Of a DNA stretch of 64,000 bases, positions 40,476 to 49,709 are shown piece after piece. The DNA lies in contig JBMFOB010000003.1 of NCBI GenBank assembly GCA_049969855.1, forward strand, positions 1-64,000, written 5' to 3'. The position numbers were made by a program, and so were the translations under genes. Source of the DNA: Candidatus Bathyarchaeia archaeon. Lineage in GTDB: Archaea; Thermoproteota; Bathyarchaeia; Bathyarchaeales; Bathycorpusculaceae. The notes beneath the pieces are model-generated. The model saw nothing but the letters and a program-made list of their open reading frames with translations. It did no database searches and had not been told where the DNA came from. Position 1 is the stretch's first letter. Each line of letters opens with the position of its first letter.

Positions 40476-42264
40476 AAAATTCAGACAAGCAAAAAAGGGC
40501 ATAAGCAACGTAATAGTTGTAATGCTAAGCCTAATCCTAATAGTGCTTATAGTTTCAAACGTGGTTTTATGGAGCTACCAAATGAACCAGTTTGACCTAG
40601 AAAGAATGCAGGAAAACATAAAAATTGCCAATGTTACAAGAGTTACACGCTCCTCATGGTTTACTGCGCAAAACGAATTTTCAACCAGCGTAGGTATCAA
40701 ATTAAGCGGCAATTACGCAGATACAAATTTTATTGATGATTTTCATGAAACTTTCAGAGAGGAACTTCCATCAATTTCATATAATCCTCTAGACTATACT
40801 CTATGGAATTCCACAACCCTCGTTTCCGGCTCACCAGCTGACCTGCAAACCGATGACGGCGTTTACATGCAGTTTCGCAGTTATCCTTCTACATTTTCTG
40901 ATACTACTGAAACCTTTGGAAACACAGTAGCTGGAGGAAGTTATCGCAATACAGAAGGCACTATTGTCGGTTCAGTTTTTACACCTGCAAAGGATGGCGA
41001 AGCGCAAAGCATCACCGCATATATCCGCATGACAAGCAGTTCCAAAAATATGAAATGTGCCATTTACTTACACAGCGACCTAAGTTTAGTAGCGCAAACA
41101 GAAGAGAAAAACGTGCCAACAGGGACAGCGTGGGTTACATTTAATTTTCCCACGCCTAAACCTATACTTAAAGCAAACACGGAATATTTGCTTGTAGCAT
41201 GGTCTTCTTCTGGAAACGGTTATGCTTATCTCGCATATACTTCAGGAGCATCAAACCAAGGACATTATGTTAGTTCAGCCTATGGAGCAAACTTTCCAAA
41301 CCCAATGCCAAATCCAATTCATGAATCGAGAGCGTATAGCATTTACTGCACATTTAAACCAGCAACCGAGGAAAAAGTTGAAGTAGAATTCACTGGAACA
41401 TCAAACACTGGATCTTGGATAAACTTGACATGGATGGTTAACGGCTATTTTACGACAGACGGAGTAACCGCAATAGCTCAACTTTACAATTACCATGAAG
41501 ACGCGTACCCAACAAGCGGAGATGGATACATGACAAATATCAACAACAGCCAGACAATAACAAGCAACGCAACACACTTCAGAGATGCAGATGGAAACTG
41601 GAAAATGAAGATTAAAGGAGTTAAAGCTGCCGCTACACAGTTTGAACTTAATGTTGACTGGATTGAGTTTAAAGTAACAATGTCAGACATTTACAGACTA
41701 TGTATCAGCAATAATTTCACAATAGACACATCAACTTACCCGTTGAACTATATCCATGGCATTGAAATATTCATTAGATATAAAGTCACGGAGGCTGCTG
41801 AAAAATGGTTCTTAAGTGCATACAACTGGACAGAACTAAACTTTAGCAATGTAGGATTTAATACCACGGAAGGAAATCAACCAATACTTGACGAATGGAA
41901 CGAATATGCCGTTAACATAACAGAGAACTGGAGGAGCTACGTAAAAGATGATGGCACTTTGCTCATAGAATTTGTTGACGAAGGATTAAACACAAACCAG
42001 ACAACCGTCGAAATAGACTTTTTCGGAACAAGAACAATAATTGACGGCGCATGTTTCGATTTAAGGAACAATGGCTCAACAACAACCCATGTTGTCTCAA
42101 TATGGATAATCAACGCGACAAATCATCAACGGTACAACGCTAACTTATTCATAAACGCTGGAGAAAACGCAGTTTACATTCGTGCTGACATTAGCTTGCC
42201 AGAAGAGTTTATAGCGAAAGTTGTTACAGAACGAGGCAACATGGCTGTTTTTTCAGAAAGTTGA
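40450..42264 (+). CDS. Large minor pilin/adhesin
   Basis: Class III signal KKG/ISNVIVVML; C-terminal pilin half NNG...KVVTERGN; many N-x-S/T sequons. Confidence 0.8.
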   Translation: MQNTIRLLKKFRQAKKGISNVIVVMLSLILIVLIVSNVVLWSYQMNQFDLERMQENIKIANVTRVTRSSWFTAQNEFSTSVGIKLSGNYADTNFIDDFHETFREELPSISYNPLDYTLWNSTTLVSGSPADLQTDDGVYMQFRSYPSTFSDTTETFGNTVAGGSYRNTEGTIVGSVFTPAKDGEAQSITAYIRMTSSSKNMKCAIYLHSDLSLVAQTEEKNVPTGTAWVTFNFPTPKPILKANTEYLLVAWSSSGNGYAYLAYTSGASNQGHYVSSAYGANFPNPMPNPIHESRAYSIYCTFKPATEEKVEVEFTGTSNTGSWINLTWMVNGYFTTDGVTAIAQLYNYHEDAYPTSGDGYMTNINNSQTITSNATHFRDADGNWKMKIKGVKAAATQFELNVDWIEFKVTMSDIYRLCISNNFTIDTSTYPLNYIHGIEIFIRYKVTEAAEKWFLSAYNWTELNFSNVGFNTTEGNQPILDEWNEYAVNITENWRSYVKDDGTLLIEFVDEGLNTNQTTVEIDFFGTRTIIDGACFDLRNNGSTTTHVVSIWIINATNHQRYNANLFINAGENAVYIRADISLPEEFIAKVVTERGNMAVFSES

Positions 42265-42267
42265 ATT

Positions 42268-43245
42268 TTAAAGCATTTTTTCTTTTAAGGCTTTTATTGC
42301 TTCTTTTTGGTTTTTCGCTTCAATCACTTTGATGTTGTATAGTTCTGCCATCTTCTTTCCGTTTTCGCTTACTTTTGGAATTGCGATTAAATATGCGCTT
42401 TCTGGGGCAACATCGAAAACTTTGGCAAAAAGTGCGATTATTGGTTGTTCTGAAACGGCGTTTTCGGTGGATGTGGCTATGTCAATTACCGTTATTTTGT
42501 TGGCGGTATCCTTCAAATAGGCTGCGATGTCAAACATGTGGTTTGCTCCAGATTTGCCCTTCACAAAAGCTGGAGTTTCAACTTCGAACCCATTTTCGAC
42601 GAGGAACTCTCTTATTGGCGAAATTATAACCCAGCCTAAAGCCGCCTCTTCCTTCACCTCTTCGTTTAGGCTGTAGGCGTAAACGTCTTTAATCACGGCT
42701 TCTTCAAAAGTGAAGCTTCTGTGGCAGTCTCTGCAGAAATGGGCAGTTAAGGGAATGTCAAAGCTTTTGCTGCAGTCTCTGCAAGTGCACCATGTTCCAG
42801 CCTTCCTATAATCAACATCAAGCTTCTTTAATTCTTCATGGCATTTTGGACAGACAAGCTTGTTGCCTTTTTTGAAGTTTTCCTCAACATCCATGTAACC
42901 GCATTTGACATGCTCAATCAAGGCGCTTCTTTGAATATCGAAGGATTTGCAGTATGGACAACGATAATGGATGGAAATGTTTGCGGAGCCACACTTCGGA
43001 CAGTAAATCACTTTATCGTAAAGCCTTCTCTTGAGTATACCAGCATCAAAAAGCCTATTCAAGAAAGGCTCAACCTCAGAAGCATCACCAAGAATTGTCT
43101 CCACCATGGGATAACGATAACCAAGTTTCGGGTCATAAACAGGCTCAAGCTCACTTATTTCGCCACTTAAAAATTTACTTAGGAAAGCTTGCGTATTACG
43201 CTCTCTGTAAAGTTCCATCCTTTCAATCTTATTTGGCTTCAGCAT
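42268..43245 (-). CDS. TackOD1-like multi-zinc-ribbon protein with C-terminal PD-(D/E)XK-like domain
   Basis: GYRYP; CPKCGS; CPYC; LIEHVKCGY; CPKC; C..C; C..C; then GKSGANHMFDI. Confidence 0.7.
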   Translation of the reverse strand: MLKPNKIERMELYRERNTQAFLSKFLSGEISELEPVYDPKLGYRYPMVETILGDASEVEPFLNRLFDAGILKRRLYDKVIYCPKCGSANISIHYRCPYCKSFDIQRSALIEHVKCGYMDVEENFKKGNKLVCPKCHEELKKLDVDYRKAGTWCTCRDCSKSFDIPLTAHFCRDCHRSFTFEEAVIKDVYAYSLNEEVKEEAALGWVIISPIREFLVENGFEVETPAFVKGKSGANHMFDIAAYLKDTANKITVIDIATSTENAVSEQPIIALFAKVFDVAPESAYLIAIPKVSENGKKMAELYNIKVIEAKNQKEAIKALKEKML

Positions 43246-43409
43246 CCTATTCCCAGACTATTCGTTTCTCCGCAAACACATTCATATAAACGCTTGAACA
43301 TAATATTATAGCTTCAAGTATTGTTAAAATTTTCGAATAAAAACGCAGAATTTTTCAAGAAAGGTTTTTAAAATTCCATCGACTGGTTGATTATGAAAAG
43401 TGACACATA

Positions 43410-43577
43410 ATGAAAATAAAAACACAGTCAAAATCTATGGTGAAATGCCCAAAATGCGGTTTCACATTCGACATAACATACGGCAGAGCCTTCGCCTGTT
43501 CTGGATGCCCCTCCTCTGTGCAATGTGGAATGGCTAAATGTCCCAAATGTGGACATGAATTTCCCTTGTCACAATGA
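43410..43577 (+). CDS. Cys-rich microprotein, 55 aa (two CPKCG motifs, CSGC and a seventh Cys), absent from the ORF track
   Basis: Hand translation MKIKTQSKSMVKCPKCGFTFDITYGRAFACSGCPSSVQCGMAKCPKCGHEFPLSQ; TTTTTAAA preceded by GAAAGG upstream. Confidence 0.8.
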   Translation: MKIKTQSKSMVKCPKCGFTFDITYGRAFACSGCPSSVQCGMAKCPKCGHEFPLSQ

Positions 43578-43674
43578 TGAAAGCGAGAATGTATTGTAAT
43601 TTTCAGCAGCACGTTTTTTAATAGGAACTTTCATATTTCAAACACTCATAAAATGAAAGACGCAAAGCTTAACG

Positions 43675-44499
43675 GTGAAGCAATTGTCAGCTAAGAATAC
43701 TCCTAAACGTTTAATGATTCGATGGACAACATTAAAGGGGCTAACCGCAATAATTCTATTCTTAATAATAGCAGCCTTAATCGAATACGTTATTGTCCTT
43801 TACGCCATAAAACTCGGAGTTAATGAAGCCCCCTTACAATTTAGCCTCCAAATTCCAGGAACAGACTGGATAATAACAACAGCCATCAGTCCACTATTCC
43901 ACCTAGTTCCAATAGCAGTTATAATCGCCTTAGCATCCAGTTGGGCATACCTAACGAGACATATTACTATAAAACCTCGTGAAACTACGAAGGGAAAAGC
44001 TCAACCCGCTAAACGAAAGAAAGAGGGAAAAGTTTTCGGTAAAATTAAGAGCGGGTTATTACGCATTAAAAGTGTTGCATACGTATGGCAAAAAATACAT
44101 TTTGCAAGAGCAACCATAAAAAGCGCCTTGACAGTACTCCTAATTTTTTCAGCATTCGCTTTCATGATTTCCCTTCTAGCCTATCCACAACTGATTTACA
44201 GAACAATATCAAACGCCTACCAAAACAATCCTTCACTACTTGGCTTTGTGAAGAACACTGCAGAAGCATTAGCGCCCGTTGGCGCAGTTTTTTCGGGCAT
44301 AAACAGCGCCTTATTGTCTGCAGCACCAACATTCAGAGACTTCGTTCTAAACATTGGAATAGTAATTAAGCCCTTAGTGGATTCAGACAATGTTGGAAAA
44401 TATTTGGTTTTTCAAAACGCTGCAGCTTGGATTTGCGCCATAGCCGTCTTAATTTATGGGGAGTACACTCGAAAAGGTTATCGGTACAAGAAGAAATAA
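43675..44499 (+). CDS. Hypothetical membrane protein (about 4 TM)
   Basis: 274-aa ORF with hydrophobic segments; no family recognised. Confidence 0.7.
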   Translation: MKQLSAKNTPKRLMIRWTTLKGLTAIILFLIIAALIEYVIVLYAIKLGVNEAPLQFSLQIPGTDWIITTAISPLFHLVPIAVIIALASSWAYLTRHITIKPRETTKGKAQPAKRKKEGKVFGKIKSGLLRIKSVAYVWQKIHFARATIKSALTVLLIFSAFAFMISLLAYPQLIYRTISNAYQNNPSLLGFVKNTAEALAPVGAVFSGINSALLSAAPTFRDFVLNIGIVIKPLVDSDNVGKYLVFQNAAAWICAIAVLIYGEYTRKGYRYKKK

Positions 44500-44517
44500 A
44501 GTTTATAGGGCTTTTAA

Positions 44518-45384
44518 ATGGCTGACCGTCCAAGATTTGGTCCAGCTGGAGTTCCTCCCACATTTAGAATGATGAAAGCAGCCTTGTCGGATGTTCCCAG
44601 ACTTTTGCGAGAGGAGGGACTTGACGCTTTTGAGTATCAAGCTGTTCGTTGGGGCGCAAAACCCCAGATTAAGAGGGAAGAAGCTGAAAAACTTGGTTCA
44701 GAAGCAAAAGAAAAAGATGTTTGGCTAAGTTTGCACGGCTCCTATTTCATAAACTTCTGCGGCGAAAAAGACGTTATAGAGGCAAGCAGACAACGCCTAA
44801 TCGCATGCGCAACAGCAGCCGAATGGATGAACGCACATATTGTGGTTTTTCATCCTGGATTCTACGGTAAAAAACCTCAGAAAGAAGTTTTTAGAAACTG
44901 TTTGGCAGCAATAAAAGAAACTGTTGAATCATTAAAAAATTTGGGAATAGAAAATGTTAAAATTGGACCTGAAACCATGGGCAAACCTTCGCAGTTTGGA
45001 AGCCTAGATGAAGTTTTAAGCCTATGCGAGGAAGTTGAACAAACCCAGCCGGTGATTGATTGGGCACATTTGCATGCGAGAGATAAGGGACGCTTCAAAA
45101 CTATAGATGATTTCCGCAAGGTTGTGGATGAAATTGAAAAGCGTCTTGGAACAGAAGCTATCAAAAACATGCATTGCCACTTTACAAAAGTTGAATACAC
45201 AGACAAGGGCGAAAAATGCCATCACGTAATGGACGAAGCGGATTATGGACCAGACTTCACCATGCTTGCAAAAGTAATAGCCGAATACAAACTGAACCCA
45301 GTTATTATAAGCGAAAGCCCAATTCTAGACTTGGACGCTGTTAAAATGCGTGATATTCTTCAAAACGCGCTTAGAAACGCTTAG
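44518..45384 (+). CDS. nfo: Endonuclease IV-like AP endonuclease (TIM barrel)
   Basis: FGPAG; H.SYFIN; FHPGFY; PETMGK..QFG; DWAH; HCHF; GEK.H. Confidence 0.88.
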   Translation: MADRPRFGPAGVPPTFRMMKAALSDVPRLLREEGLDAFEYQAVRWGAKPQIKREEAEKLGSEAKEKDVWLSLHGSYFINFCGEKDVIEASRQRLIACATAAEWMNAHIVVFHPGFYGKKPQKEVFRNCLAAIKETVESLKNLGIENVKIGPETMGKPSQFGSLDEVLSLCEEVEQTQPVIDWAHLHARDKGRFKTIDDFRKVVDEIEKRLGTEAIKNMHCHFTKVEYTDKGEKCHHVMDEADYGPDFTMLAKVIAEYKLNPVIISESPILDLDAVKMRDILQNALRNA

Positions 45385-45454
45385 TCTCATTTGTAGATAA
45401 GGCTTCTAACAAATTTGATGCGATACATTTTTTATATCCTCTGCGGTGCTGTCT

Positions 45455-46717
45455 ATGGGTGCCTTTTTGGTACGGTTGAAGGGATTCCAAAAACTTACAA
45501 CCATAGAAGAAGCACTGCAACTATTTTTTAAAAATTTGAGAATTGAAAATCCGAAAACGGCTGTTGTCCAAGTGCACGAGGCTTTAAACCGTGTTATCGC
45601 TGAAAATGTAATTGCAAAGGAAGATTTGCCAAGATTTGACCGCTCAGCCGTTGACGGATACGCAGTAAAAGCCGAGGACACCGTTGAAGCCTCACAGTTT
45701 AAGCCGAAAATCTTGCAAATAACCGCTAAAAATGAGATAGAGAATGGACAAGCAAGACAAGTGTGGACTGGAACCCCAATTCCAAAAGGCGCAAACGCTG
45801 TCGTCATGCTGGAGAACACTAAAAGAATTGACGAAAAAATCGAAGTTTGGATTTCTGTAACGCCCGGCGAAAACGTCTCTAAGAAAGGCGAGGATGTTGC
45901 AAGGGGCGAAGTGGCATTAAAAGCTGGAACGCGCTTAAAACCTCAACATTTGGGCTTGCTGGCTGCGTTGGGAGTTGCTGAAGTTAATGTTTTTGAAAAA
46001 CCAAAAATCGCAATTTTAGCCACCGGAAACGAACTTGTGGAAAGAAGCGAGAAACCGAAAGAAGACCAAATTTTCGAGGTTAACAAGCTTGTTCTCTCCA
46101 GCCTATGCCATGAATTGGGCGCTGAACCTATAGATTTAGGCATTGCAAAAGACGATGCAGATGAAATATTTAAGAAAATAAAAACTGGACTGGAAAAAGC
46201 TGACGCTGTAATAACTACTGGTGGAACAAGCGTTGGAGCCTCCGACTTGATTCCAGAAACTGTCAACAGAATTGGAAAGCCAGGCGTTATTGTGCATGGA
46301 GTGGCTATGCGTCCAGCCATGCCCACAGCCCTTGCAATAGTGAGTGGAAAACCAATAATCATCCTTTCAGGCAATCCTGTTGCTGCAATGATTGGTTTTG
46401 AAGTTTTCATCAGACCATTAATATGTAGAATGCTTGGACTAAAACGAGAAGAACAAAGACCACTTGTAAAGGCGAAAATGACTAGACGAATCAGCACGTC
46501 TCTTGGAAGGAAAACCTTTGTGCGAGTCCATGTTTTTCAGCGTAACGGCGAATTTTTCGCGGAGCCCATAAGCGCTCGTGGTTCAGGAATAATTTCAACC
46601 ATGACTAAGGCTAATGGGTACGTTATTGTTCCAGAAAATAGGGAGGGCTTAGAAGAGGGAGAAACCGTTTCAGTGCACCTATTCGATTACGTTGACTTGG
46701 TGGATGAGAATGTTTAG
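45455..46717 (+). CDS. moeA: Molybdopterin molybdotransferase MoeA
   Basis: FDRSAVDGYAV; TGNEL; TGGTSVG; SGNP. Confidence 0.93.
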   Translation: MGAFLVRLKGFQKLTTIEEALQLFFKNLRIENPKTAVVQVHEALNRVIAENVIAKEDLPRFDRSAVDGYAVKAEDTVEASQFKPKILQITAKNEIENGQARQVWTGTPIPKGANAVVMLENTKRIDEKIEVWISVTPGENVSKKGEDVARGEVALKAGTRLKPQHLGLLAALGVAEVNVFEKPKIAILATGNELVERSEKPKEDQIFEVNKLVLSSLCHELGAEPIDLGIAKDDADEIFKKIKTGLEKADAVITTGGTSVGASDLIPETVNRIGKPGVIVHGVAMRPAMPTALAIVSGKPIIILSGNPVAAMIGFEVFIRPLICRMLGLKREEQRPLVKAKMTRRISTSLGRKTFVRVHVFQRNGEFFAEPISARGSGIISTMTKANGYVIVPENREGLEEGETVSVHLFDYVDLVDENV

Positions 46718-47945
46718 AAAATTATTAACATTAGAAGAGGCAAGAAAAGTCATTCACCAAAATTTTAAACCAACACCTTTAGGCGTGGAGGAAATCCCCC
46801 TTTTAGAGGCTTGGAACCGAGTTCTCGCAGAAAATGTAACCGCAAAAATGGATATTCCACCTTTCAACCGCTCAACAGTTGACGGATACGCAGTAAAAGC
46901 CGAAGATACTTTTGGCGCAGAAGAAAACAAGCCAACAAAACTGAAAATTTGCGGAACCGTGAATGTTGGAGAAACCCCAAAAACAATCGTCAAACAAGGC
47001 ACAGCCGCAGAAATCGTAACAGGCGCACCCATACCAGAAGGAGCAGACGCCGTTTTAATGTTTGAGCATACACAGCGCAAAGGTGATGAACTTTATGTTT
47101 ACAATGCCGTGGCAAAAAACGAAAACGTCATGAAAGCCGGAGCAGACATCAAAAAAGGCGAAACTGTCCTAAAGGCTGGACAATTTTTGGGTTCACGCGA
47201 AATAGGAGTTTTAGCCTCGTTAGGAACGGCAAAGGCTAAGGTTTACATAACTCCAAGAGTTGCGGTTCTCTCCACGGGCAATGAGATAGCAGAACCTGGC
47301 GAAAAACTTCCGCCAGGAAAAATTTATGATATAAACGCCTACAGCCTAAGCGCAGCGGTTCTGGAAAGCGGCGGAAAACCAGTTTATTTCGGAGTTTTAC
47401 CAGACGATATGAGTGTATTGCAGAAAACATTAAAAAATGCATTGGCATCAGCTGACATGGTTGTAACATCAGGCGGAGTTTCCATAGGACCAAAAGATGT
47501 TGTGCCTCAAACATTAAATTCGCTTGGAAAGCCGGGAGTCATCATTTGTGGGATGGCAACCAAACCTGGAAAGCCAACAACAGTGGCTTTGATTGATGGA
47601 AAAATTGTTTTTGCGCTTCCAGGTCATCCAACTTCAGCGTTGCTCACTTTCCACTTAATTGTACGCCCAATAATTCAACGGGTGGCTGGGAGAAAGGCAC
47701 AGAAGCCTTTGAAGGTGAAGGCTTTTGCTTCTATGCGAATGTTTCCAGCAAAGGGCAGACGAACCTTTGTAATGGTCAAATTAAGGCGTGATGAGTCCAA
47801 TAGGCTTGTAGCAGAGCCAGTTCCAACAGGATTATCTGGAGCTATTACGACTCTTGCGAAGGCTGACGGATTTGTGGAAATAAGTGAAAAACAGCAGTTT
47901 GTTGATGCTGGCGAGGAAGTTTTGGTGCAACTTTTAAAGCGTTAG
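46710..47945 (+). CDS. moeA: Molybdopterin molybdotransferase MoeA (second paralog)
   Basis: FNRSTVDGYAV; STGNE; SGGVS.G; KPGKP; LPGHP. Confidence 0.93.
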   Translation: MFRKLLTLEEARKVIHQNFKPTPLGVEEIPLLEAWNRVLAENVTAKMDIPPFNRSTVDGYAVKAEDTFGAEENKPTKLKICGTVNVGETPKTIVKQGTAAEIVTGAPIPEGADAVLMFEHTQRKGDELYVYNAVAKNENVMKAGADIKKGETVLKAGQFLGSREIGVLASLGTAKAKVYITPRVAVLSTGNEIAEPGEKLPPGKIYDINAYSLSAAVLESGGKPVYFGVLPDDMSVLQKTLKNALASADMVVTSGGVSIGPKDVVPQTLNSLGKPGVIICGMATKPGKPTTVALIDGKIVFALPGHPTSALLTFHLIVRPIIQRVAGRKAQKPLKVKAFASMRMFPAKGRRTFVMVKLRRDESNRLVAEPVPTGLSGAITTLAKADGFVEISEKQQFVDAGEEVLVQLLKR

Positions 47946-48298
47946 CCTTCGAAAATCTTTCTCTTCGCCACAATATACACTGTAAAAACCCATGTCAAAA
48001 TGAGATAGGCAAATATGCCTATGTCAAAGAGAACGTCTTTCCCAAACAAATAGTAAAGCATGAAAGCTGAAAATGTTGTGGCTATAAAAAGTAACATAAC
48101 AACAAGCCAAACCGCCCAAACCCTCTTTTTAAAAATTCCATAAGCTGTTATTAAGCTTAAAACGCCAATTATGCCGATGTGTGGAGGAAAATTCGCTAGT
48201 GGCAAGACAACAAAGCATATTACTCCAACAACAGCGTAAAAAGCGATGGCTAAAAAAACTCCGATGTTTTCCATTTTAATTTTGGACTTAATTGACAT
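47942..48298 (-). CDS. Small hypothetical membrane protein (4 TM)
   Basis: Four hydrophobic segments; fills the gap convergent to moeA. Confidence 0.7.
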   Translation of the reverse strand: MSIKSKIKMENIGVFLAIAFYAVVGVICFVVLPLANFPPHIGIIGVLSLITAYGIFKKRVWAVWLVVMLLFIATTFSAFMLYYLFGKDVLFDIGIFAYLILTWVFTVYIVAKRKIFEG

Positions 48299-48499
48299 TG
48301 ATAACCGCCTTTTAACCCTAAATGGATGACGCCATCATTAATAAATTTAATGTCTCATTACATCTGTTTTAGGTGAATTATCGTGCCCTTTCACTCCCTT
48401 TCATCTATGGCTTTTGCAGTTTAACCACAATTTTGGGCATAGCCTTATATTTGCATAAAACCGTGAAAATAAGGCTGAAAGAAAAAGGAAGAAGAAGAA

Positions 48500-49396
48500 A
48501 TGAGCCATCATGAACTCTTTGCTTCGCAATCAAACATTTTCAGCGGTTTCCAGAAACCATTTGAAAAAGCAGACTACATAGTTTTAGGTGTTCCATTCGA
48601 TGTTACGAGCACTTACCGAACTGGAGCAAGGTTCGCGCCAAACGCTATTAGGCAAGCATCGCTTAACATAGAAACCTACAGTTTTCGCACAGGCTTGGAT
48701 GTGGAAGATTTAAAATTGCATGATTTAGGTGATTTGCACATATCAACTGACACGGAGAAAACTTTGGAAAAAATTGCACTTGTCATTAAAGAGATTATAG
48801 AAGCTGGAAAAACGCCTGTAACCATAGGTGGAGAACACACAATCACCCTTGGCGTAATGAAAGGTTTAGAAAAGAAAGCCTCAAAAACAGCATTAGTCAG
48901 TTTTGATGCCCACTTGGATTTACGCGACGAATTCATGGGTTTAAAGCTTTCTCACACAACTTTTATGCGAAGAATAAATGAGGGGGGAAAGCCAGCCAAA
49001 ATTATCGAGGTTGGAACAAGAGCGGTCTGCAAAGAAGAACTTGCCTATGCAAAAAAGGCTGGAATAGAATTTTTCACAACACAACAAATCAGAAAAGAAG
49101 GATGCGAATCTATAGTGAAAAAGTTGAAGGAAAAATTGGCAAAATACAAAAGCATTTACTTGTCAATCGACATGGACGTCCTTGACCCAGCCTATGCGCC
49201 GGCAGTGCAAAATCCAGAACCCGAAGGGCTGGAAATGCATAGTTTGCTTGACATTTTATGTAATGTTTGCGACAAACGTGTTGTCGGTTTTGATGTAGTT
49301 GAGGTGGCGCCAAACTATGATGGAGTATCCGCAATACAAGCTGCAAAAGTGGTTTTTGAGGTGTTATGTGGTATAGAAAAGGCGAGAAGATGTTAA
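48500..49396 (+). CDS. speB: Agmatinase
   Basis: GGEHTIT; DAHLD; SIDMDVLDP. Confidence 0.93.
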   Translation: MSHHELFASQSNIFSGFQKPFEKADYIVLGVPFDVTSTYRTGARFAPNAIRQASLNIETYSFRTGLDVEDLKLHDLGDLHISTDTEKTLEKIALVIKEIIEAGKTPVTIGGEHTITLGVMKGLEKKASKTALVSFDAHLDLRDEFMGLKLSHTTFMRRINEGGKPAKIIEVGTRAVCKEELAYAKKAGIEFFTTQQIRKEGCESIVKKLKEKLAKYKSIYLSIDMDVLDPAYAPAVQNPEPEGLEMHSLLDILCNVCDKRVVGFDVVEVAPNYDGVSAIQAAKVVFEVLCGIEKARRC

Positions 49397-49402
49397 GCCT
49401 TT

Positions 49403-49702
49403 TCACTTCTTGACTCTTTTAATTTCGATTACAACTTTTTGTCGGTCGGGGCAGCTTGAAGTGAATGTGTCTTTGTTTTCTTTCCATGGGAAGACTCCGC
49501 CAAACTGCAGAGCAACCAGATATGGAAAAATTGAGTCGTAGAAGAAACTGCAAATGTTTGGGGCTCTAAGGCTTTTGTTTGCCTCTTCAGAGTAAAGCGT
49601 TAAATCATATTCTTCTCCAACATGGTGTCCTGCTGAGCATTCACCTTCAACCTTTACAATTTTCCCAATTAATTTACACCCTTTCAAACCAGCCACCTCC
49701 AA
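49403..49702 (-). CDS. TIGR04076-like small Cys protein
   Basis: GECSAGHHVGEE; IC..FY.SIFP; FPW; SCPD. Confidence 0.7.
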   Translation of the reverse strand: MEVAGLKGCKLIGKIVKVEGECSAGHHVGEEYDLTLYSEEANKSLRAPNICSFFYDSIFPYLVALQFGGVFPWKENKDTFTSSCPDRQKVVIEIKRVKK

Positions 49703-49709
49703 ATTCTTG

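Noticed and set aside
43391-43612. 73-aa minus-strand ORF
   Set aside because: Antisense shadow of the CPKCG microprotein on the plus strand
48299-48499. 200-nt spacer as a possible sRNA or small ORF
   Set aside because: No convincing C/D box pair, and only very short ORFs; explained by divergent promoters
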